Positions 28,211 through 38,513 of a stretch of 64,000 nt of DNA are shown piece by piece. Position 1 is the first letter of the stretch. Each line of letters begins with the position of its first letter. Source of the stretch: Candidatus Marinacidobacterales bacterium (GTDB taxonomy: Bacteria; Acidobacteriota; Vicinamibacteria; Marinacidobacterales; SMYC01); contig CBDCYI010000005.1 of the NCBI GenBank assembly GCA_965224085.1, positions 1,312,001 through 1,376,000 of the forward strand. The letters are read 5' to 3'. The notes beneath the pieces are model-generated. The model ran no database searches. It was not told where the DNA came from and saw nothing but the letters and a program-made list of their open reading frames with translations. The position numbers and the translations under genes are program-made.

Positions 28211-28749
28211 CCTGCGAGCACCACTTCGTCGCGGCCGTCCTGCTCACCCACGTGGACGTACACCATCTGGCTTTTCGTCGTCTCGAGGGTCGCTCCCGCA
28301 TAGTTGGCGTGAATGGGGAGCTCGCGACAGCCGCGATCCACCATGGCGAGAAGCTCGATCTTTCGCGGCCTCCCGAAATCGATAAGCGCTGTGATCGCTG
28401 CTCGGACCGTGCGACCGGTATAGAGGACGTCATCCACGAGCACGATCCACGTATCGTCGACCGGGAACGGAAGATCCGTACTTCCGACGATCGGCTGTTC
28501 CGCGACCGCGGTCAAGTCGTCCCGATAAAGAGTAATATCCAAAACCCCGAGGGCGGGCCGCTCACCGGTTTTAGCTTCGATGAGCGTCGCGATCCGTTGC
28601 GACAACGGAACGCCGCGCGTGCGTATCCCGACCAAGGCGAGACGGCCCGTAAAACCGCTCGCCCGACTCGTTTTAGACGCTATCTCGTCGGCGAGCCTCA
28701 GAAGCGCCGCCTCGAACGCGGCGCTATCCATCACGAGCTCATCGGTCAT
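28207..28749 (-). CDS. pyrR: Pyr operon regulator / uracil phosphoribosyltransferase
   Basis: [35 protein letters not shown]. Confidence 0.96.
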   Translation of the reverse strand: MTDELVMDSAAFEAALLRLADEIASKTSRASGFTGRLALVGIRTRGVPLSQRIATLIEAKTGERPALGVLDITLYRDDLTAVAEQPIVGSTDLPFPVDDTWIVLVDDVLYTGRTVRAAITALIDFGRPRKIELLAMVDRGCRELPIHANYAGATLETTKSQMVYVHVGEQDGRDEVVLAG

Positions 28750-28789
28750 AGCCGCGGCATGCTACCACCAATTCAAGAAACTGTTGCCC

Positions 28790-30628
28790 TCACTCGGGGA
28801 TCTCGAGGAGATCGGGGACAGCGTCCAGAGGGGAGCCTTCGAAATCATCGGGGCGTCGGGGCTCGATGAGGAAGTTCTTGTAGGACGAGATGAAGGTCAA
28901 GGGTTGGGAGCGCAGCAGATCTTCTTCGAGCGCTTCCGTCAGGAGGGTCCCGTTCATGTCGTGGCCTCGCGGAAGGCCCATCAGATAGAGAAGCGTGGGC
29001 GTGATGTCGAGTACCGACGCGCCCCGGATCTTGGCGCCAGCGGCGACGCCGGAACCATGGAGGATGAGAAGACCGTCCGGCGCGTCTTCGTGATACCCAG
29101 ACAGATGGTCATTGCCTTTGAACGGCTCGATCACGCGTCGGGCGAGCGGGAGCGGCTCCATGCCGTGGCCCGAGACGACAACCAGCGTCTCGTCGTCGGT
29201 TCGAGCTTGGATGTAGCTGCCAAGAATCGTGTCCAGACGGCTGTAATACGCCTCGACGACGCGGCCGTATTTTCGAGTTTCGGCATCGCTGACGTCTCCG
29301 AAGCGATCGGGCAGCTGGTAGCGCGTGAAAGTGTGCCCGATCGCGTCCAGTCCGAAGAAGTAAATCGCGTAGACATCAGGCCGCTCTTCATCACGCAGGA
29401 GCGTTCCGATGTTTTGGTAAGTCGAGTCGTCGGCGAGGGCCCGCCGAAGCGCCTTCTGCCAGGGGACGGTGTCTCCCGGGATGTCGACCGAGGTGTCCAC
29501 GAATGGGTCGAGCGTAGCGGCATCGATATGCTCCGGCAGGACTGCGTGGGCGCTGAGACGAGAGGTGAGCCCGTCTGGATAGGTGAGATGGGGCAGGGGT
29601 GGGTCGAATCCCTCGCGCATCTGACGATGAAAGAACTCGGAGATGATGAAACCATCGATTTCGGAAGCCGGATAGGTCCCCCACCAACGGAGGAGTCCGA
29701 CACGCAGGCCGAAGCCACTCATGATGCTCCAGAAAGGTTCTGCGCGACGCGACGCCGCTGTGACGGCGCTTCGATTCAAAGCACCGAGTCGATCGAGCGT
29801 TCGGAAATCGAGCCCGCGCGGACGGAGCGAGAACGGCGTCTGGACCCATGGAAAGCGGTAGCGGTAGAAAGCTTTGAGGCCATGCTCTCGGGGGAGCTTG
29901 CCGGTCGCGATGCTCGTCCAGACTGCGAGCGATTCCGTAGGGTACAGGGTTCTCAACGCTCCCGAGGCGCCGCCTTCGATGAGGCGCGCAAAGTTCGGGA
30001 GCTTGCCTTCGGCTACGGCTGGGAGCACGTAGGATAACGAGGCCCCTTCGATACCGATGATGGTCAGACGCCGCTTTGCGGGCATGTCTTGAAGGGGCAT
30101 GCGCGGGACGGCGTCTTCGGCCTCGGGCTGCGGCCGCATGACGAGGGGCAGCACAGTTGCGGCGACAAAGAAGAAGCTGGAGAGAGCATAGCTGACGACC
30201 GCGCCCCGCCGCCCGAAGGAATAATGGAAGAGCCCCACAACGAGCAGCACCAAAGCGGCCGCCGTTTCCACCGTGGCGGCGATGGCGACCCCCGAGAGCG
30301 TTTGCGACGGGATAAACATGCGCAGATGAAGCAGATTGAACCAGAGTAGGGTGGCGGCGCTCGCGAGCGCCATCATCAAGAGCCACGTCAACACTCTGAT
30401 GGACAACCACGCCGGGCCGAGCGGCTTGCCACGGAAGGCTTCGACGACTTTGAGCAGCAGCCAAAAGGCGAGGCTTGCCGCGAGCCCGTAGGTAAGCGCG
30501 AACGTGCCCCAGACCGAGAGCACCGTTTGAAAAGTGTGGGGCACCTCGGGATTCAGCAAGAAAACACACTCCGCCAAGAGCAGCGCCACGACCTGGCCGG
30601 CGACGAGGCAGTTTGTTGCTTTCCGCAT
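28790..30628 (-). CDS. Membrane-anchored alkaline phosphatase-superfamily (type I phosphodiesterase-like) protein
   Basis: Multiple N-terminal TM helices; GKLPNFARLI, WTSIATG..P..HG, VSGHGM, SGYH, DITPTLL; several expected metal ligands look substituted. Confidence 0.8.
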   Translation of the reverse strand: MRKATNCLVAGQVVALLLAECVFLLNPEVPHTFQTVLSVWGTFALTYGLAASLAFWLLLKVVEAFRGKPLGPAWLSIRVLTWLLMMALASAATLLWFNLLHLRMFIPSQTLSGVAIAATVETAAALVLLVVGLFHYSFGRRGAVVSYALSSFFFVAATVLPLVMRPQPEAEDAVPRMPLQDMPAKRRLTIIGIEGASLSYVLPAVAEGKLPNFARLIEGGASGALRTLYPTESLAVWTSIATGKLPREHGLKAFYRYRFPWVQTPFSLRPRGLDFRTLDRLGALNRSAVTAASRRAEPFWSIMSGFGLRVGLLRWWGTYPASEIDGFIISEFFHRQMREGFDPPLPHLTYPDGLTSRLSAHAVLPEHIDAATLDPFVDTSVDIPGDTVPWQKALRRALADDSTYQNIGTLLRDEERPDVYAIYFFGLDAIGHTFTRYQLPDRFGDVSDAETRKYGRVVEAYYSRLDTILGSYIQARTDDETLVVVSGHGMEPLPLARRVIEPFKGNDHLSGYHEDAPDGLLILHGSGVAAGAKIRGASVLDITPTLLYLMGLPRGHDMNGTLLTEALEEDLLRSQPLTFISSYKNFLIEPRRPDDFEGSPLDAVPDLLEIPE

Positions 30629-30664
30629 TTCGTTGTTTGCTGACGGTTACCTGTTTCCTGTTAC

Positions 30665-31618
30665 CTATATCCGCCTCAGTTTTTTTAGGAGGTCATTCAT
30701 GTCATTTGGGATTGGGGCGGTCCATTGCATCGTCTCGTCGTTGTTTGGGTGGGTTAGTGCCAGGGACTCGGCGTGAAGGGCTGGGCGGGGGAACTGGCTC
30801 AGCCATTTGAAGGCGAGTGCGTCTTGTCCAGATGCTCGTTTTCGCCGCGCTCTGTAGTCTTGGTCGCCGGCAATCGGATAGCCGGCTTCGCTCAAATGTA
30901 CGCGGATTTGATGGGTGCGTCCCGTGTGTATTTGGATCGCGAGGAGCGCTGAGTGCGGAAGTTGTTCCAGGCGCTCGATAGTGCTCTTCGCCGATCTCGG
31001 GTGCTTGGTGCGCGTTGACATTTTGGTGCGGTGCAACCGGTCACGGCCGATCGCGCGGTCGATGACGAGGTGCTCGGGCAGCGCGCCGTGCACGACGGCC
31101 AGGTAGCGCTTGCGCACGCGGCGTTTCCGAAACTGTGTGGCGAGATGTTGGTGCGCTCGGTCGTGTTTGGCGACCACGAGCACCCCTGTCGTTCCCGAGT
31201 CCAGACGATGCACGATTCCGGGTCGTTCCACGCCGCCGATGCCGCTCAAATCGTGGCAGTGGGCCAAGAGCGCGTTCACCAGCGTTTTCGAAGGATGACC
31301 TGGTGATGGATGCACTACCATCCCTGCCGGTTTGTCGACCACGACGAGATGCTCGTCTTCATAGAGGATGGAAAGAGGGATAGGCTCGGCTTCCGGGCTT
31401 GCGGGCACCGGGGCGGGGATCACCACTTCCACGGACTCGCCTTCGTAACAGAGGCGGGACGGTCGAGCGATTTTGCCGTCGACGCGTACCCGCCCATCTT
31501 TGATCCACTTCTTGACTCGAGCGCGGCTCACATCTTCGAGGTGGCTCGCCACGGCTACGTCGAGCCGGAGAGCCGATTCCGAGGGCTCGATCTTCCAGGA
31601 TTCGAGCCGTTCGCTCAC
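30665..31618 (-). CDS. rluD: RluA-family pseudouridine synthase with S4 domain
   Basis: RLD..SRAR S4 domain, KPAGMVVHP, RPGIVHRLD, TGRTHQIRVH; GTG overlaps lgt stop. Confidence 0.93.
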   Translation of the reverse strand: MSERLESWKIEPSESALRLDVAVASHLEDVSRARVKKWIKDGRVRVDGKIARPSRLCYEGESVEVVIPAPVPASPEAEPIPLSILYEDEHLVVVDKPAGMVVHPSPGHPSKTLVNALLAHCHDLSGIGGVERPGIVHRLDSGTTGVLVVAKHDRAHQHLATQFRKRRVRKRYLAVVHGALPEHLVIDRAIGRDRLHRTKMSTRTKHPRSAKSTIERLEQLPHSALLAIQIHTGRTHQIRVHLSEAGYPIAGDQDYRARRKRASGQDALAFKWLSQFPRPALHAESLALTHPNNDETMQWTAPIPNDMNDLLKKLRRI

Positions 31619-32421
31619 GCCGTCCGCTTTTGGGGGAAGCGACGAAGGGTCGAGAGCGCGAACACAGAAAAGCCGAGGAGCACGAAAGCGATGATCTGTG
31701 ACGTCGAGACGGCGCCTCCGAGAACGAAACCTCTCGCGAGGTCTCCGCGAAAGAACTCGATCACGAAACGCGCCGTCGAATAGAGAGCGACGTAGCTCCA
31801 AAAGACTTGACCGTCGAACTTCTTCCGGCCCGCGAGAAAGATCAAGAATCCGAAGATGGCGAACTCCACGATCGATTCGTAGAGCTGCGTCGGATGGAGC
31901 GCGATACCGAGCGGCACCCCTACGATTTCGCGCGCATAGGGATCCGTGAAGGTAACGCCCCACGGCGCGGTTGTCGGTTTTCCGTAACAGCATCCGGCGC
32001 TGAAACATCCCAAACGTCCGATGGCGTGGCCGAGCGCCACGGACGGTGCGAGGATATCGGTCATGCGCCAAACGGGCAGCTTGTGCTTCCTGAAGAACCA
32101 AAGTGACGTGATCACCGCGGCGACGAGGCCGCCATAGAACACGCCGCCCGATCGGATGAGACTGAGAGGGTCGTGTCGATAGTGTGGCCAGTCGACGATC
32201 AGCAACAGGAGCTTCGCTCCAACGAGCGCGGAAATGAGGATCCAAAGTCCGAGGTCCATCGTCAGATTCGCGTCGACCCCGAATTTCTTACCGCGCCTTG
32301 CCGCGACGTTCAAAGCGATGAGAAAACCTGCGGCGAGCAGGAATCCATAGGTATGCAATACGGCGTCGAACTCGATGCCGAGGAAGCCGACCTGTCCGAA
32401 ATCGAAAAGTTTGGGATACAA
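31615..32421 (-). CDS. lgt: Prolipoprotein diacylglyceryl transferase
   Basis: GGVFYGG, GRLGCF, HPTQLYE, RFVIEFFRGD. Confidence 0.96.
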   Translation of the reverse strand: MYPKLFDFGQVGFLGIEFDAVLHTYGFLLAAGFLIALNVAARRGKKFGVDANLTMDLGLWILISALVGAKLLLLIVDWPHYRHDPLSLIRSGGVFYGGLVAAVITSLWFFRKHKLPVWRMTDILAPSVALGHAIGRLGCFSAGCCYGKPTTAPWGVTFTDPYAREIVGVPLGIALHPTQLYESIVEFAIFGFLIFLAGRKKFDGQVFWSYVALYSTARFVIEFFRGDLARGFVLGGAVSTSQIIAFVLLGFSVFALSTLRRFPQKRTA

Positions 32422-32424
32422 AGC

Positions 32425-32991
32425 CTAGTCGTCTCCTCGGCTCGCGGCCGCCGCAGCTTCGGCTTTGGGAGCCAAACCGGGTCTTGGCGCCTTTCGAAAG
32501 CTGTCGAGTAGCAAGAGCCCCACGCCGATGCAGATACAGCTATCGGCGACATTGAAAGCCGGCCAATGCGTCCCGCCGTAGAAAACGTCGACGAAGTCCA
32601 CAACATAGCCGAGACGCACGCGATCGACGATGTTACCGACAGCCCCGCCGAGAATGAAAATCAACCCGTAGCGGGTGAGGCGTTCGTGCTGCGCGGATCG
32701 GAGGGCGTAGTAAGTCACCGCGACCATCGCGGCGGTCGAAAGAAACGTGACCAGAACCGCTTTGAAGGGAATGTCTGAGCCCGACAAAAGGCCAAAGGCC
32801 ATGCCCGTATTGCGGACAAGCGTCAAGTGAAAAAAACCCGCCACGACGGGCACGGATTGCCCGAGTGATAAAGAGCTCGTGACCCAGAACTTGGTGACTT
32901 GATCGAGGGCAACGATGCTCACCACAAACGCCACAATCGTTGCCAAGTTGGTTTTCCAGTGGGCGGTGCCCGTTAGGTCTTGTTCCGTCAT
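32425..32991 (-). CDS. lspA: Lipoprotein signal peptidase
   Basis: DQVTK, NTGMAFG, GNIVDR, VVDF, FNVAD. Confidence 0.97.
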   Translation of the reverse strand: MTEQDLTGTAHWKTNLATIVAFVVSIVALDQVTKFWVTSSLSLGQSVPVVAGFFHLTLVRNTGMAFGLLSGSDIPFKAVLVTFLSTAAMVAVTYYALRSAQHERLTRYGLIFILGGAVGNIVDRVRLGYVVDFVDVFYGGTHWPAFNVADSCICIGVGLLLLDSFRKAPRPGLAPKAEAAAAASRGDD

Positions 32992-33247
32992 CGTCTTGCT
33001 CGAACCAGACTAGCACTCCGCTCCAGGCTTTTACAATATTTGCCCTGTCTTCGTCGTTCGCCCGCGTCCCCTATGTTATTGCCGATACTTGGGTTATTGC
33101 ATCGGATTCGCCTTTCACGGCATGCCGATGGTAGAATAGTCGCGTTGTCGGGACCCGACTCGGCATCGATGCAACTGGCGCGATGCAAGCTCGAGTACGT
33201 TGCCCCTTCATGAGCACCTTCCGTCGTAGATATTTCGCGAAGCGTTC

Positions 33248-35248
33248 ATGTCCGAAGAAGCCTCGATTCTCATCGTTGACGACGATGCTGAAGATCTCGC
33301 TTCGCTCACGCGAGCTCTAGAAGCTCTCGTTGCGACGATCCACAGCGTGCGCGACCCGCATGAAGTGCTCGAGGCGACCCATCGCGAGAATCCCGATGTC
33401 GTGATCCTGGACGCTCTTTTGCCCGGGTTGTCCGGCTTCGATCTGTGCAAGCAAATCAAGTCCGATACTGCGCTTAAAGGGATCCAAGTCGTCGTGATCA
33501 CGGGCGTCTACTTGAGGCAGCAATATCGGCAGGAGGCGCTGCAACAATTCAAAGCCGACGGGTTCATGACCAAACCTTATAAGCCGCCCGAGCTTCAGCG
33601 TCTCGTTGCGCAGCTTCTCGCGAAAAAGACACGAAGGCCTCAAAAAAGTTTTCTCCGCCGTTCGGGCCTGGCGGCGTCTCCCCCCGAGGCCAAAAAGCGT
33701 GGTTTCTGGGACCGGCTATTCGGAAGTACCGAACCGGAGGAGGCGGATACACGCATTGCACCCGTCGCAAGCCCGCCTCTAGCCGCACCGATGGCATCGG
33801 CACCGAAACCGGATCCGGGACCATCGCACGTGGCTCTGGTAGAAACGCCGGCCGTCACGAAGCTCGACGAGCCCGAGCCTGTCGCTGAGATCGAGAGCCC
33901 GAAGAGTGCGTCGGCTCCTTTAGGCTCGCGCACGGCCACCGAGCCCGAATCGAAGCCAGATGCGGTTGTCGAAAGCGCCGGGACGATCGCGGTATCGCCA
34001 GACGCACCGATCCAGAAATCCGAAGAGCCTGCGATCACGACCGAGAGCTCGTCCGCCGACTCCAAGCCCATCGCTACGGTTGACGAAGTGCCCGACGCCG
34101 ACGAGGCCCGCGCTATCGCCGCGGAGCCCGTGGCCGAAGCGGCGAGTGTCGAAGTCGAGGAAGCGGCGAGCGTCGTCGACAAGTCCTCGGCGGAGCCAGA
34201 GTCGGCCGCTCCCGCCGTTTCTGAAAAGCCGAGCGCTGCGGACACGAAACCCGTCTCCGAAGCGGCCGAGGAGGACCAAGAAAGAGTCGAGCCGTCGCAA
34301 GCCGACGACGCCGCGCCAGCCAAGCCGACGACCGCGCCAGCCGCGCCAGCGGAGCTAGCCGCGCCAGCCAAGCCAACGGCGCCAGCCGCGCCAGCCAAGT
34401 CAGCGGAGCCAGCCACGTCAGCCAAGTCAGCGGAGCCAGCCGCGTCAGCCAAGCCAGCCAAGCCAGCCGCGCCGACCGTGCCAGCCGCCCCCGCCAAGCG
34501 AACGAAGCCAGCGGAGGCGGCCGCGTCGGCTGGGCCCGTGGCGCCGACCGCGCCAGCTGAGCGAGTTGCGTCTGCCTCAACGTCAGAAGCATCGAAAAAG
34601 GAAGGCGACGAGGCCCCAACGGAGAAAGAGACGCGCGATGCGCCGGCCGGGATGCTCGATCGCGCTCCGCCGGCCGAAGCAGCCCGGGAAGACAAGGAAG
34701 TTCAAAGGACGGCCGAGCCTGCGTCTAGCGCGGCTCTTGAGACGCAGGCGCTGCCCGAGAAGCCCGCGCCCCAGCTGCGGAAGCCGAGATTCCGGGTTAG
34801 GGACGTCCCCATTTACGGCGAGCAGGACTTTCACGCCGAGTTGAAACGCGAGATTTCGAAATGCCGGCGCGTCGATCGGCCGTTGACCCTCATCCTCGTT
34901 CAGGTGGACGACTTGGGCCAGATTGTGGAGCTGTTCGGCAAAGAAGCTCGTGAAGGCGTGCTGTTGCACGTCGCGGAGCTTGCAACGTGGTGTGTTCGCG
35001 AAATCGACGCCGTGGGTATGATGTCGTCGAAAGACCTGGTCGCCCTCATCGCGTTCGCGTCAGACAAGTATGGCGGAAGCCGCGTCGTGGATCGGATGCG
35101 AAAGACCGTGCAGAAGAATCCCTTTCGCGTCGGCGAGGAGCTCCCCCCGATCATGCCCGCGCTTCGGTTTGGGATGTCGAGTTATCCCGACGATGGTGAG
35201 GATGTCGCCGGGCTCGTCGCGGAAGCCTACGAGGACATCGAAGACTAG
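33248..35248 (+). CDS. Response regulator: receiver + long Ala/Pro/Glu/Lys linker + degenerate GGDEF-like domain
   Basis: ILIVDDD, VILDALLPG.SG, TKP; C-terminal ELKREI....R..RPLTL....VD....I...FG; GGDEF site replaced by SSKDL. Confidence 0.82.
   Translation: MSEEASILIVDDDAEDLASLTRALEALVATIHSVRDPHEVLEATHRENPDVVILDALLPGLSGFDLCKQIKSDTALKGIQVVVITGVYLRQQYRQEALQQFKADGFMTKPYKPPELQRLVAQLLAKKTRRPQKSFLRRSGLAASPPEAKKRGFWDRLFGSTEPEEADTRIAPVASPPLAAPMASAPKPDPGPSHVALVETPAVTKLDEPEPVAEIESPKSASAPLGSRTATEPESKPDAVVESAGTIAVSPDAPIQKSEEPAITTESSSADSKPIATVDEVPDADEARAIAAEPVAEAASVEVEEAASVVDKSSAEPESAAPAVSEKPSAADTKPVSEAAEEDQERVEPSQADDAAPAKPTTAPAAPAELAAPAKPTAPAAPAKSAEPATSAKSAEPAASAKPAKPAAPTVPAAPAKRTKPAEAAASAGPVAPTAPAERVASASTSEASKKEGDEAPTEKETRDAPAGMLDRAPPAEAAREDKEVQRTAEPASSAALETQALPEKPAPQLRKPRFRVRDVPIYGEQDFHAELKREISKCRRVDRPLTLILVQVDDLGQIVELFGKEAREGVLLHVAELATWCVREIDAVGMMSSKDLVALIAFASDKYGGSRVVDRMRKTVQKNPFRVGEELPPIMPALRFGMSSYPDDGEDVAGLVAEAYEDIED
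34310..34560 (+). repeat. In-frame 9-nt-unit tandem repeats (GCGCCAGCC/AAGCCAGCC/AAGTCAGCG) encoding APA/KPA/KSA
   Basis: Repeated units visible, including a near-exact 27-nt duplication (AKSAEPAxS). Confidence 0.8.
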
Positions 35249-35313
35249 TCCCCTGTGGGTTCGTTGCCTAGAGCCTCGCCGCCTTAATATTGACGCTTCC
35301 ACAAGCCGGCCGT

Positions 35314-36153
35314 ATGATGCGCCGCGTGAGCGTTGCAATCAGAGGCCTCGAGACGTTTTCGGAATACGAGGCTTGTGCCCAACTTCAGCTCGACGTGTGG
35401 GGTTTCGCCGAAATCGACGTTGTCCCGGCGGGCCACCTCGTCGCCATGGATCACTATGGGGGCGTGTGCCTCGGTGCCTTCGACGGCAACAAGATGGTTG
35501 GTTTCGTCTGCGGTTTTGCCGGTTGGGACCACGGCCGTTCGTACCATCATTCGCACATGCTCGCTGTATTACGCGATTATCGCGGTCAACGACTTGGTGA
35601 GAAGCTCAAATGGGCGCAGCGGGAGCACGTGCTGGAGCAAGGCCTCGATGTCGTCAATTGGACGTTCGATCCCCTACAAGCGCCGAACGCGAATTTAAAC
35701 CTCAATCGTCTCGGCAGCGTTGTCCGCAAGTACAAAGTGAATCTTTACGGTGTGAGCGACAGCCCTCTTCATGGCGGTATCCCGACCGACCGCTTCGAGG
35801 CGGAGTGGCACCTCGAGAGCCAGCGTGTCGTGAAGGCACTCCGTCAGGAATGGGAGGAGTGGCCTGGCTGGGAAGAATTGCCGCGGGCCAACCGAACCAG
35901 CGTCAGCGATGAAGGCCTTCTGCGTTGCGACGAGGTCGACCTCGAGGTGGACGTCGAGGCTTTTGTCATAGAGTTCCCGAAGGCGATCACCGAGCTCATG
36001 GCGCGGAATCGGAAGCTAGCGCTCGATTGGCGTTTCCAGACACGCAAGCTCTTTCGGGAATATTTCGGGAAAGGCTATCGCGTCGAAGGCTTGCACCGCA
36101 CGGGCTCGAGCGCGTTTTACCGGCTCACCCGCGAACAAGACGCCGCTGGCTAA
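35314..36153 (+). CDS. GNAT-family N-acyltransferase (type usually partnered with NSAR/OSBS)
   Basis: LQ..VWG, HSHMLAV..YRG..LG..LK.AQRE, WTFDPLQ..NA.LN...LG, PTDRF..EW. Confidence 0.85.
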   Translation: MMRRVSVAIRGLETFSEYEACAQLQLDVWGFAEIDVVPAGHLVAMDHYGGVCLGAFDGNKMVGFVCGFAGWDHGRSYHHSHMLAVLRDYRGQRLGEKLKWAQREHVLEQGLDVVNWTFDPLQAPNANLNLNRLGSVVRKYKVNLYGVSDSPLHGGIPTDRFEAEWHLESQRVVKALRQEWEEWPGWEELPRANRTSVSDEGLLRCDEVDLEVDVEAFVIEFPKAITELMARNRKLALDWRFQTRKLFREYFGKGYRVEGLHRTGSSAFYRLTREQDAAG

Positions 36154-36212
36154 ATGGCTTAGCCGTCGATATCGATCTTGAGATCGACGTTCTGGCCAAT
36201 CGTTTTGGGTCT

Positions 36213-36989
36213 TCACTTCCCGACCCAGCAAGGCTTCCGCTTCTCGAGAAAAGCCGACATGCCCTCCTGGGCGTCGAGCGCCATGGCGTTCATGCTCATG
36301 ACTTCTTTGGCGTAGTCGTAGGCTTTGTTCTGTTCGAGATCGATTTGTGTATAGAACGCTTGCTTGCCGAGCGAGATGACGAGCGAGCTTGCGTCAGCGA
36401 CTTTTTGTGCGAGCCGCTCCGTTTCCTCCCGCAGCTTCTCCTTGGGAACGACGCGATTGATGAGACCCCAATCGGCCGCGGTCTCGGCGTCCACGAAGGT
36501 TCCCGTCAAAAGCATCTCCATAGCGCGCTTGCGGCCCACAGTCCGGGAAAGAGCCACCATGGGCGTCGTGCAAAAGAGTCCGATCTTGACGCCAGGAGTC
36601 GCGAAGCGGGCCCCCTCGGCCGCGACGGCGAGATCGCACGTTGCGACGAGTTGGCAGCCGGCGGCCGTCGCGATACCCGGCACTTCGGCGATGACGGGCT
36701 GCGAGATGCCCTGCACCGTCTCCATCATCTCGATACAGGTGTCGAAGACGAAGCGCTGATGGTTGAGATCCTTGTCGACCATGTCAGCGAGAAAATGCCC
36801 CGCCGAAAAAGCCGTTCCTTCAGCACCAAGAATAACCGCGCGCACGTCCGGGCTCCCCGCCAAGGCTTTGAGGCCGTGAGTCACTTCTTCCATCATCTGG
36901 ATGGAGAGCGCGTTACGTTTCTCCGGCCAACTCAGAGTCAATCGAGCTACCGGTTCCGTCTCTTCGATTCGAATCCGTTCGTAGGACAA
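36213..36989 (-). CDS. Enoyl-CoA hydratase/isomerase family protein
   Basis: KRNALS, FSAGH, ATAAGCQLVATCDLA, FATPGVKIGLFC. Confidence 0.92.
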   Translation of the reverse strand: MSYERIRIEETEPVARLTLSWPEKRNALSIQMMEEVTHGLKALAGSPDVRAVILGAEGTAFSAGHFLADMVDKDLNHQRFVFDTCIEMMETVQGISQPVIAEVPGIATAAGCQLVATCDLAVAAEGARFATPGVKIGLFCTTPMVALSRTVGRKRAMEMLLTGTFVDAETAADWGLINRVVPKEKLREETERLAQKVADASSLVISLGKQAFYTQIDLEQNKAYDYAKEVMSMNAMALDAQEGMSAFLEKRKPCWVGK

Positions 36990-37002
36990 AGTCCACTCCT
37001 TT

Positions 37003-38478
37003 TCAATTCGTAAGGAACTTCTTCCAGACCTCCTCCGGCGAAGGAGGCGTGAGCAAGCTCACGATCACTAGGCTCAATATCGAGGCCGTCGCGGCTGGAT
37101 AAATAATGTAGTCGTAGTCGAGCGGCAGTAGGAAGAATCCGAGATTCAAATGTGCCATCCCGCCGCTCACGAGAAAGCCGAAGGTGATCGTAGTCACGAC
37201 GCCCGCCGCGATCGACGCGACGCCTCCGGCCGGCGTCACGCGCTTCCACAAGAAGGCGGCCAGAAGTGCCGGCGTTACCGCGGCGCCCACCATCGTGTAA
37301 GCGTAGAGCGCCATATCGAGGATGCTCTCGAAGCGCGTCGTGACCACGAAGGCCACAAGGGCGAGGGCGACGATGCAAATGCGCTGGAACAGGATGATGC
37401 CTTTTTCGCTGACGTCGGGGTTGATGAAGCGCTGGTAGATGTCGCGCGCAAAGTTGGTCGAGGGCACCATCAAGAAAGTCGTCGCTGTCGAGAAAACGAT
37501 GGCGACCGCCCCCGCGAGCAAGAGACTGCCGGCGATGAGCGGCAAGTTGTGCCGCGCGAGCACGAGCAGGATGGTCTCCGTCGCGCGCGTGTTGAAACTG
37601 CCATCGGCGGCGACGAAAGCCGGGTCGGTCCAATAGCTGCCGGCAGCGAAGATCGCCGTCATATCGATCAGCGTTTCTACGAAAATGACGCCGAGGATCA
37701 TGCCGATGACGGCTTTGCGCGCCGCGTTTTCGTCGCGCGCGGCGAAAAACTTCTGATACATGCTGCTCTCGCCGAGCAGCAAGAACAGCGTCGGCAGGAA
37801 GAGTCCAATCGCCGAGGAGATTCCCAAGCGTCCTGTGATGGTGAAGTGTGTCGCCGGAAGCGTCTCGGTGAGCGTCGACCAACCGCCGGCGCCCGCGAGC
37901 GCCATAGGCGCGGCGACAGCGATGCTGACGATGATGATTATCCCGTTGAAGACATCGAGAGAGATGATCGAGAGCATCCCGGCGGTTACCGTGAACAAGA
38001 TAACGAGAGCGCAAATGATCGCTTTGCCGGTATCGGGATCGACGGCAGGGTAGAGGATGTTCAAAAGACGGCCGCCACCGATGAATTGGTAGCCGGCGAT
38101 CGTTAGATAGGCGATGACGATGGCGAGGGTGCCAAGGATTCGCGCTGACGGGTGGTACCGGGTCTCGAGAATGTCAGGCACCGTATATTGCGCAATCCTC
38201 CGTACCCGACCTGCGAGAAAATAAACGATCGCGATCCCGACCCACGCCCCCGCGCTCATCCAAAGAGCGGAGAATCCTTCGCGGAAACCTCGGCCGGCGC
38301 CAGCGAATAGGCTTCCCGATCCGATCCAAGTGCAAACGAGCGTCCCGACGAGCATGTACCAGGGGGCGCTTCGTCCCGCCACCATGAAGTCGTCCTGTGT
38401 CTTCACCTGCCGTGAGCGGTACAGGCTGACCCCGACGAGCAGGGCCAAGTAGACAACGACGACGACAACGTAAGTCAT
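37003..38478 (-). CDS. Sodium:solute symporter family protein
   Basis: DFMVAGR, TWIGSG, TVPDILE.RY, many TM helices. Confidence 0.92.
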   Translation of the reverse strand: MTYVVVVVVYLALLVGVSLYRSRQVKTQDDFMVAGRSAPWYMLVGTLVCTWIGSGSLFAGAGRGFREGFSALWMSAGAWVGIAIVYFLAGRVRRIAQYTVPDILETRYHPSARILGTLAIVIAYLTIAGYQFIGGGRLLNILYPAVDPDTGKAIICALVILFTVTAGMLSIISLDVFNGIIIIVSIAVAAPMALAGAGGWSTLTETLPATHFTITGRLGISSAIGLFLPTLFLLLGESSMYQKFFAARDENAARKAVIGMILGVIFVETLIDMTAIFAAGSYWTDPAFVAADGSFNTRATETILLVLARHNLPLIAGSLLLAGAVAIVFSTATTFLMVPSTNFARDIYQRFINPDVSEKGIILFQRICIVALALVAFVVTTRFESILDMALYAYTMVGAAVTPALLAAFLWKRVTPAGGVASIAAGVVTTITFGFLVSGGMAHLNLGFFLLPLDYDYIIYPAATASILSLVIVSLLTPPSPEEVWKKFLTN

Positions 38479-38513
38479 CGCGAGATTCTATCGCATACGC
38501 CAAACTCTGAGGA

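Noticed and set aside
28750-28789. PyrR attenuator upstream of pyrR
   Set aside because: Only 40 nt intergenic; no binding-loop or terminator structure seen
32988-33213. Small ORFs between lspA and the response regulator
   Set aside because: No RBS or motifs; more likely a divergent promoter region
34310-34560. Repeat tract as possible CRISPR array
   Set aside because: Short in-frame coding units with no repeat-spacer structure and no cas genes
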